Below are positions 17,793 to 24,000 of a DNA stretch of 24,000 bases, piece after piece. The first letter of the stretch is position 1; each line of letters begins with the position of its first letter. The stretch is from NCBI GenBank assembly GCA_013153845.1, contig JAADDS010000013.1, positions 1 to 24,000 on the forward strand, read 5' to 3'. A model generated the notes under the pieces. It was given only the letters and a program-made list of their open reading frames with translations. It did not search any database and was not told where the DNA came from. The translations under genes and the position numbers were made by a program. Source of the DNA: Methanococci archaeon. GTDB taxonomy: Archaea; AGJL01; Methanococci; Methanococcales; Methanocaldococcaceae.

Positions 17793-18578
17793 ATGGATTG
17801 GGACTTAGAAATCGAGAAAGAAATAGATAATAAACTAAAAAAAATAAGGTTAGAACATTCTTTAAAAGTATTGGAATCGATAAATATTGATAAACATTTA
17901 AAGATGGGTTTAAAAGAAATGCTACATAGAAGATTAAATGAAGATCCACAATTTTTTAATGTTTCTATTGAAGAAAAACCAGGGGCTGTAATTGCGTTTA
18001 GTGGCGGAGTTGATAGCACAACCTCAGCAATTATAGCAAAAAAAATATTCGATGTTGAAGCAGTTTCGTGTTATTCTAAATACATAATGACAGAGAAGCT
18101 TAAACAGGATATTAAAGAACTATCAAAGAAGATTAAATTAAAGATAAAGTTTTTAGATATTGATTTGGATGAGGTTTATGATGGGGTTGTTAACTGCAAA
18201 TTCCACCCATGTGGAAGATGCCATAAGATAATAGAAAGAGCAGTTTTAGATTATGCAATATCCTCTGATGTAGAGTATGTAATCTTTGGAGATCTATTGG
18301 CTTTTGGTTGTCAATCAATATATTGGGATGGAAATGTGTTTAGGTTTAATTTGCCCTCTTTTTTTGCACTAACTAAGGATGAAGAGAGAGAATTGTTAAA
18401 TAGTAAGGGAATATTGTTGGATAGAGAGTACGGATGTCCTCTTTTAGAGATCTATCATCAAAGATGCGGAGGGGTAAAGTTTACAATACAGAGAATTTTA
18501 AGAGAAGTTCGAGGGAGAGTTATTAGTAGAGAAGAAGGATTTAAAAATATAATTGAGGTTTTATCGCATAAAAAATAG
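17793..18578 (+). CDS. PP-loop ATP pyrophosphatase superfamily protein (LarE/ThiI-like sulfur or adenylyl transferase)
   Basis: PP-loop SGGVDS (AFSGGVDSTTSA) and a Cys cluster CKFHPCGRC. Confidence 0.6.
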   Translation: MDWDLEIEKEIDNKLKKIRLEHSLKVLESINIDKHLKMGLKEMLHRRLNEDPQFFNVSIEEKPGAVIAFSGGVDSTTSAIIAKKIFDVEAVSCYSKYIMTEKLKQDIKELSKKIKLKIKFLDIDLDEVYDGVVNCKFHPCGRCHKIIERAVLDYAISSDVEYVIFGDLLAFGCQSIYWDGNVFRFNLPSFFALTKDEERELLNSKGILLDREYGCPLLEIYHQRCGGVKFTIQRILREVRGRVISREEGFKNIIEVLSHKK

Positions 18579-18625
18579 ATCTTTATAATTTTATAATCTT
18601 TTAATCTTTTTAGTTTTTCATTTAT

Positions 18626-19558
18626 TCAGTTTATTTTTACTTCTTTACTTGCTTCTACCATATTTTTTAATTTTCCAAATGCCACATCTATTGGAAGTAA
18701 TCTCATTCCACAATCAGGATCAATATATATACTCTCTCCCAAGTTTTTATTTAAATGAGAATTGTTCTTTAAAATCTCTAAGCCCTCCTCGATTAGGCCT
18801 TTAATTTCATCAACACTCTCAACCTTCTTAATCTTAGTATTTACGCAACCAAACCCCACTTTTTTTTCAATATTCTCTAAAATATCTAAATTTTTTTTGT
18901 TAGATGCGAATTCGTGATCTAAAATACTAACAGGAAATTTATTCAACTCTTCAATTATGTTGTAAACGTTTCCACAAACGTGCATCGCAAATTCAACATC
19001 TATACCCTCAACGATCATCTCCACAGCCCTCCTCGCAATTTCAAAATCATACAATCCAGTCGATAAGATTGGCTCATCGATCTGTATTATTGGAACATGG
19101 TCTTTTAATGCCTCTACTTCTTTTCTAAGAGCTTTTGCAATATCATAAACCAAGTTTTCATCCCTATTGTCTGAATAAAAGTTTTCCACCCTTACAGAAC
19201 TGGCTATTGTGCAAGGTCCTGTTATTATACCTTTAACTTCTACTTTTGGATTTTGACTTTTTGCTATCTTTTTTGCATAGAGAATATCTTTTAATGTTAT
19301 TGGCTTTATAAACTCGATTTTTCCAATTACTTTTTTTCCATCAAAACCATACATTCCCTTTGTAAATATCTCTACCATATCTCCTCTAACCTGCCCATCG
19401 CTAATAACATCTATACCTGCTTTTATCTGATCTAAAACAGCCCTCTCAATTGCATAGTGATATTCATCATAAAGACCAAAAATTGATTTTATCTTGTCAA
19501 TAAATGATTTTTCTTTTTTTAATACAACAGGATAACTTCCAACTACTGTGGTTTTCAC
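18626..19558 (-). CDS. metE: Archaeal short cobalamin-independent methionine synthase (MetE C-terminal domain type)
   Basis: MKTTVVGSYP start and zinc-ligand motifs HVCGN and DPDCGM. GTG start after GGTGA. Confidence 0.75.
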   Translation of the reverse strand: MKTTVVGSYPVVLKKEKSFIDKIKSIFGLYDEYHYAIERAVLDQIKAGIDVISDGQVRGDMVEIFTKGMYGFDGKKVIGKIEFIKPITLKDILYAKKIAKSQNPKVEVKGIITGPCTIASSVRVENFYSDNRDENLVYDIAKALRKEVEALKDHVPIIQIDEPILSTGLYDFEIARRAVEMIVEGIDVEFAMHVCGNVYNIIEELNKFPVSILDHEFASNKKNLDILENIEKKVGFGCVNTKIKKVESVDEIKGLIEEGLEILKNNSHLNKNLGESIYIDPDCGMRLLPIDVAFGKLKNMVEASKEVKIN

Positions 19559-19875
19559 ATTTTCACCTTTTAACTAATAATTAATAATTAAATGATTTTA
19601 ATAATTTCTAATTCCTCAACATTTTAACTTTTTAGTTTTTTAGTTTTAACTGTTTACTTTATTATTTATTATTTAAATAAAAGATTATAAAAAATTATAT
19701 GTGAAAGAAATATAAAATTTTGAGTAAACTACAAGACAAAAAATAAAAAATTAAATAATTATAAACCAATAACAACATTATAAACAGAAATAATAAACGC
19801 TAAAAATAAATATTCAATATAAGTATTTAATAAAAATCTAAAATTCTTCCAATTTACAAAAAAAGAGGGAGATTG

Positions 19876-20394
19876 ATGCAATCCCATAAAATAAAAGTTC
19901 TTGACGCATCTGCAATAATTCACGGCTATAATCCAAGTGTTGAAGAGGGAGATCACTACACCACACCGGAAGTGTTGGAGGAAGTTGAATCAAAAAAGAT
20001 CTTGGTAGATCAAGCATTATCATTTGGCAAACTTAAAATTTCAACCCCAGATCCAAAATACATACAAAAAGTAAAGGATATTGTTAACAAGACGGGAGAC
20101 AATCTCTCTAACCAAGATATTGGAATTTTAGCATTGGCTTTACAGTTGAACGCTCCCCTGTATACTGACGATTATGGCATTCAAAATGTTGCTAAAAAAT
20201 TGGGTGTTGAAATTAGAGGAATTTCTTTTAAACCAACAAACAAAAATTTTTTATGGAGAAAAGTGTGTGTTGGATGTAAAAAAATCTATCCCATAAATTG
20301 TGAAGATGAAGTATGCGAAATCTGCGGTAGTCCTTTAAAAAGAAAAATGGTAAAATTAAGATTGTCTAAGAAAAACTCTTCAAAAAAGTTTTAG
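19876..20394 (+). CDS. nob1: Endoribonuclease Nob1 (PIN domain plus zinc ribbon)
   Basis: PIN motifs (VLDASAII, TDDYGIQN) and C-terminal CVGC...CEICG ribbon. GAGGGAG ribosome-binding site. Confidence 0.75.
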   Translation: MQSHKIKVLDASAIIHGYNPSVEEGDHYTTPEVLEEVESKKILVDQALSFGKLKISTPDPKYIQKVKDIVNKTGDNLSNQDIGILALALQLNAPLYTDDYGIQNVAKKLGVEIRGISFKPTNKNFLWRKVCVGCKKIYPINCEDEVCEICGSPLKRKMVKLRLSKKNSSKKF

Positions 20395-20407
20395 ACGTGA
20401 AGTAGGT

Positions 20408-20806
20408 ATGAAAAGATTAATAGCAAAAAATAAAGAAGAGTTAATTGAAAAAATTAAAAATTGTGGATTTGAAGATGAGATCTATATAAATTTGGAATTA
20501 GATAGAGATATTGCCATCGCGTTATTAGAGCACTGTGAGCCGAAAAAGATATTTATCCCTAAATCCAAATATGCAAGAAGCTCAAAAAAAGTTATAAAAG
20601 CGTTAAAAGGAGTAGATGTTGAAGTAATTCCAATAAAGGCAAAGACAGGAAGGCCTACCAATATAGACAAAATAATTAAAAAATATTTAGACAAAAAACC
20701 AAAAGAGATCTCTGAGATCACAGGAATAAATATTAAAACCGTAGAATATCATTACTACAAATTACGAAAAATGAAAGAAAAAAAGGAAAAAAAGGATAAT
20801 CATTAA
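20408..20806 (+). CDS. Conserved archaeal hypothetical protein with C-terminal HTH-like segment
   Basis: PKEISEITGINIKTVEYHYYKL resembles an HTH, with a Lys-rich tail. The stop overlaps the thrC stop in TTAA. Confidence 0.45.
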   Translation: MKRLIAKNKEELIEKIKNCGFEDEIYINLELDRDIAIALLEHCEPKKIFIPKSKYARSSKKVIKALKGVDVEVIPIKAKTGRPTNIDKIIKKYLDKKPKEISEITGINIKTVEYHYYKLRKMKEKKEKKDNH

Positions 20807-22020
20807 TCTTCTTTCAATATCTTTTTTAAGACATCTATATCGCATTCAATCTTTATCGGCTCTTCACTTGCTCTTATTGCAGCATCAGGGTCTTTCAACC
20901 CATGCCCAGTGGTTATACATACAATTCTTTCATCCCTATCAATAATTCCCTCATCTAATAACTTCTTAAGGCCTGCTATTGATGAGGCAGAGGCCGGTTC
21001 AACAAAAATTCCCTCTTTCCTTGCTAATAATTTTTGTGCTTCTACGATCTCCTCATCGCTAACCGCCTCAGCATAGCCGCCAGATGAGTATATTGCCTCC
21101 AACGCCTTTGGAGCATTAACAGGATTTCCAATTCTTATGGCTGTTGCAATTGTCTCGGGGTTTTTGTAAGGTGTTATGTCTTTCGCTTTTCTCTTAAATG
21201 CTTCAACAATCGGCTTAGCCCCCTCTGCCTGAATTCCTGTCATTTTTGGCAACTCGTCAATAATTCCTGTTGCTTCAAACTCCCTAAATCCTTTCCATAT
21301 TGCACTTATGTTTCCTGCATTTCCTACTGGAACGATAACTCTATCTGGGACTTGCCAATTTAGTTGATCGCAGATCTCAAAGCCGATAGTTTTCTGACCT
21401 TCCAACCTAAATGGATTTATTGAATTTAATAAATAAATTAATTTTTCTCTTGCTAACTGCTTAACCATCTCCAATGCATCGTCAAAGTTTCCATTAATCT
21501 GTATAACCTTAGCCCCGTAAAACATTGCCTGAGCTAATTTTCCCAAGGCAACTTTTCCCTCTGGCAGTAAAACAATACACTTCTTCCCACTTCTTGCTGA
21601 GTAAGCTGCTAATGAAGCAGATGTGTTTCCTGTTGACGCACAGCCAACTACTTCAACTCCTAACTCGTTTGCCCTTGTAACACCAACAGTCATACCCCTA
21701 TCTTTAAAGCTCCCTGTTGGATTTGCTCCTTCGTTTTTTACATAGAGTTCTTTAACTCCAAGCTCTTTCTCTAAGTTTTTGCATCTATATAGGGGGGTTC
21801 CTCCTTCAAATAGTGTAACTATTTTTCTTTCATCTTTTACTGGAAGATACTCTAAATATCTCCAAACACCAATCTGTCTTTTTCTCAATGTTTCTTTTGA
21901 AATTCTGTTTTTTATCTCTTCATAATCATAAACTATTTCTAACAACCCGCCACACTCGCAGGTGTAGATTATTTCATCAACATCGTAAGTTTTTCCACAC
22001 TTTATACATTTTTGTAGCAT
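20803..22020 (-). CDS. thrC: Threonine synthase with N-terminal zinc ribbon
   Basis: N-terminal CIKCG...CECGG and the PLP-lysine motif NPTGSFKDRG. The glycine-rich GNAGN loop is also present. Confidence 0.9.
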   Translation of the reverse strand: MLQKCIKCGKTYDVDEIIYTCECGGLLEIVYDYEEIKNRISKETLRKRQIGVWRYLEYLPVKDERKIVTLFEGGTPLYRCKNLEKELGVKELYVKNEGANPTGSFKDRGMTVGVTRANELGVEVVGCASTGNTSASLAAYSARSGKKCIVLLPEGKVALGKLAQAMFYGAKVIQINGNFDDALEMVKQLAREKLIYLLNSINPFRLEGQKTIGFEICDQLNWQVPDRVIVPVGNAGNISAIWKGFREFEATGIIDELPKMTGIQAEGAKPIVEAFKRKAKDITPYKNPETIATAIRIGNPVNAPKALEAIYSSGGYAEAVSDEEIVEAQKLLARKEGIFVEPASASSIAGLKKLLDEGIIDRDERIVCITTGHGLKDPDAAIRASEEPIKIECDIDVLKKILKED

Positions 22021-22326
22021 CTTTTCACCTTTAAGTCAAAATTTATTCATCATATCTACGTGTTGTTATATAAAATCTTTATGTGTTAATTTAAACTTTA
22101 CATTTGAGTATGTAATTATATAAATTTTATGTGAATAGTTCAAGAAAGATCTATAACAAATAAAAATAAATAGTAAAATGGCAATGTTTAATTATGTGGA
22201 TGTTTACACTCCCTATTTAAAATTTTTAAATCCAGTTAACTTGATAAACTAATAGGGGCAGATACATTAATTGGAAAATTTTTGATTTACTGATATGTTA
22301 ATGTGTGTTTAGAGGAGGGGTGAGGT

Positions 22327-23865
22327 ATGATTTACATCCACAAAAAAATAGAAAATCCAGTAAAAGATGGTATAGAAATTGGAGAAGAAATTAAAAACAA
22401 AGTGGGGAATCCTTCTTTAATAATCTGCATAACTTCAATATTGGATGAGAAAAAATTAAAAGATGTATTTAGCGGGCTTAAAAGACAAATATCCTTAGAT
22501 AACCTTATAGGATGTTCTGCAGGAGGAACATTTAATGGAAAAAATTACATAAAAGAGGATGGAATCTTAATGTTAGTTTTTGATGAACACTATAAGAGTG
22601 CAGTATCATGCGAAAAGGTTGGTAAAGATCCAGAATATGCTGGAAAACAGATTTCGGAGAGGATAAGATCATTTATTAAAAATAAATATGCAAAATTAGA
22701 GATTGATGATAATTTTTTAGGTTTTGTATTTTTTGATTGGGACGGAAATAGCGAACAGGAGATCCTTGATGTATTGGGAAGAGAGTTAACTATTCCAATA
22801 ATAGGCGGAACTGCATCTGATGATGGCTCGTTTAGTAAATTCTTCCAGATATTTAAGGGGGAGGTGGTTAAAAACTGCTGTGTTTTTGGAGTAGTTGGTG
22901 GTAGATTAAAGTATGAACTAATATATGGCCATGGATATGAGCCGACGAACATTTACGCAAGAGTTACAAAAGCGGAGGGAAAAGTGGTCTATGAGTTAGA
23001 CGGAAAACCTGCATATATTAGATATTTAGAGATGATCTCAGAGTATTCGAAAATACCAATAGAGAAGATTAAAAAATATTTTTATAGAGAACTTAAACAT
23101 ATTGGATTCTATTTAATTCATCCACTTGGATTGATGGAAGTAAATGGAAATTATATAACCGCATATCTTGAGGGAGTAAAAGAAAATGCACTCGTATTTA
23201 GAAGGAAGATATTGGAAGGGAGTTTTTTGGTATTGATGAAAACCAGCATTTGCCGTCAAATTGCTTCAATATTTGAAGAGATCAAAAAATCAAATGAATT
23301 CAACGATCCTTTAATATTTATAAACGAATGCTATGCAAGAGAAATGTTAAAAAATAAAAAGTTTTTGGGATTAGAAGAAGATATTCCAACATATTTAATT
23401 GATTTCTATGCAAACAATAGAGATTTTGAAGAATATATCGTCGAAGAAAATCTCGTAGGTTGGTTATCCTACGGAGAGACAATTGCCAAAGACCTCATAA
23501 GGTTTCATAACAACTTATCATTCACTGGGGTAATATTTGAAAAATCTCAAATTGGTTCGATAAATTGGAAAGAAGAATTAAAAAATTTTGATTTTGATGA
23601 TGATGAAATCGAGGTCATCGTAAACTTAATACATAAACAACTAACTGCAAAAGAACTACTACATCTAACGAAACTCTCTCAAACTAAACTTTACCATACC
23701 TTAAACAAGTTAGAAAGTGAGGGTGTGATAAAATCCATAGGCGGAAAACCAAAACTGTATTATATTGATAACATAAAAGAGATGTTAGAAAAAACCCATG
23801 AAAAGATAGAACATGAAAATACAATTAAAAAGATTAAAAGAAAAAAATTGTTAAGAATTCTATAA
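22327..23865 (+). CDS. FIST-domain sensor protein fused to a C-terminal winged-helix DNA-binding domain
   Basis: FIST-like motifs (GCSAGGTF, IIGGTASDD, LGLME). C-terminal TAKELLHLTKLSQTKLYHTLNKLESEGVI is a TrmB/MarR-like wHTH. GAGGAGGGGTGAGG ribosome-binding site. Confidence 0.55.
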   Translation: MIYIHKKIENPVKDGIEIGEEIKNKVGNPSLIICITSILDEKKLKDVFSGLKRQISLDNLIGCSAGGTFNGKNYIKEDGILMLVFDEHYKSAVSCEKVGKDPEYAGKQISERIRSFIKNKYAKLEIDDNFLGFVFFDWDGNSEQEILDVLGRELTIPIIGGTASDDGSFSKFFQIFKGEVVKNCCVFGVVGGRLKYELIYGHGYEPTNIYARVTKAEGKVVYELDGKPAYIRYLEMISEYSKIPIEKIKKYFYRELKHIGFYLIHPLGLMEVNGNYITAYLEGVKENALVFRRKILEGSFLVLMKTSICRQIASIFEEIKKSNEFNDPLIFINECYAREMLKNKKFLGLEEDIPTYLIDFYANNRDFEEYIVEENLVGWLSYGETIAKDLIRFHNNLSFTGVIFEKSQIGSINWKEELKNFDFDDDEIEVIVNLIHKQLTAKELLHLTKLSQTKLYHTLNKLESEGVIKSIGGKPKLYYIDNIKEMLEKTHEKIEHENTIKKIKRKKLLRIL

Positions 23866-24000
23866 TAAAAACTAAAAACACAATTGGAAACGATATTAAA
23901 AATAAATGAAAAATAATAAAAAATAAATAAAATAAAAAATATTGACTCTCTAATACAATCAAAAGTTAAAGCATAAAATAATATTAACTACTAAAAAGAT

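Noticed and set aside
19759-20023. Two small minus-strand ORFs (65 and 61 aa) in the metE-nob1 spacer and the nob1 5' end.
   Set aside because: They overlap each other and the nob1 start, have no RBS, and the region is better explained as divergent promoters.
20803-20806. Convergent genes sharing overlapping stop codons in TTAA (also seen at 3977-3980) as a possible regulatory signal.
   Set aside because: TTAA encodes TAA on both strands and arises easily in compact AT-rich genomes. Two occurrences are not evidence of function, although the overlap does underline how compact the cassette is.
22079-22198. Three copies of TTATGTG (22079-22085, 22127-22133, 22192-22198) in the thrC-FIST spacer as a possible operator array.
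   Set aside because: A 7-mer this AT-rich is expected by chance several times in 300 bp of about 25% GC DNA, and the spacing is irregular (48 and 65 bp). It is mentioned only as context in the FIST finding.
802-22952. Many 60-130-aa ORFs in the supplied track lie antisense to long genes (e.g. 802-1008, 2072-2284, 5144-5341, 5921-6106, 6772-6960, 7497-7889, 8548-8760, 9837-10283, 11058-11324, 11628-12365, 14340-14648, 15189-15494, 16613-16822, 17186-17407, 17765-18019, 20482-20721, 22590-22952).
   Set aside because: Each is fully embedded opposite a longer ORF with clear family motifs. Their translations are low-complexity (rich in S, F, I, L), as expected for shadow frames in AT-rich DNA, and none has an RBS or a recognisable motif.
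1-24000. CRISPR arrays, rRNA genes, IS elements with terminal inverted repeats, inteins, and in-frame TGA (selenocysteine) recoding.
   Set aside because: I found no regularly spaced 25-40-bp repeats and no GC-rich structured-RNA islands other than the tRNA. There is no transposase-like ORF. No interrupted ORF pairs would need TGA read-through or a frameshift, and none of the known Methanococcales selenoprotein families is present.

Overview
AT-rich (roughly 30% GC by eye) archaeal chromosomal segment. Its gene content points to a Methanococcales-type methanogen: GHMP-type archaeal shikimate kinase, TrmY, Nob1, an FwdC-like beta-helix protein, a UPF0282 metallo-beta-lactamase-fold protein, a TRAM protein and a short archaeal MetE. 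About 85% of the window is tightly packed housekeeping genes (pdxT, aroK, hisA, tmk, pyrD, thrC, metE and others), and a 5'-truncated tRNA-Ser(UGA) sits at the left edge. The exception is a 3.66-kb insertion at 1390-5116, bracketed by two perfectly identical 67-bp direct repeats. The right repeat is the true 3' end of pdxT (last 21 codons plus stop). The left repeat is an orphan copy next to the UPF0282 gene. This att-like signature suggests site-specific integration into a gene's 3' end. The cargo is three tightly coupled genes: a ribbon-helix-helix regulator preceded by a perfect 16-bp palindrome; a 705-aa DUF1156/COG1743-like DNA methyltransferase with three zinc ribbons between SAM motif I and the DPPY motif; and a convergent 348-aa orphan protein whose N-terminus has weak DHH-phosphoesterase-like motifs. 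I cannot recognise any integrase, transposase or replication gene in it. I read this as an integrase-less mini-integrative element carrying an atypical restriction-modification-like (defence or addiction) module. It is the main candidate for something new here. All functional calls rest on motif recognition by eye, and no database search was possible.
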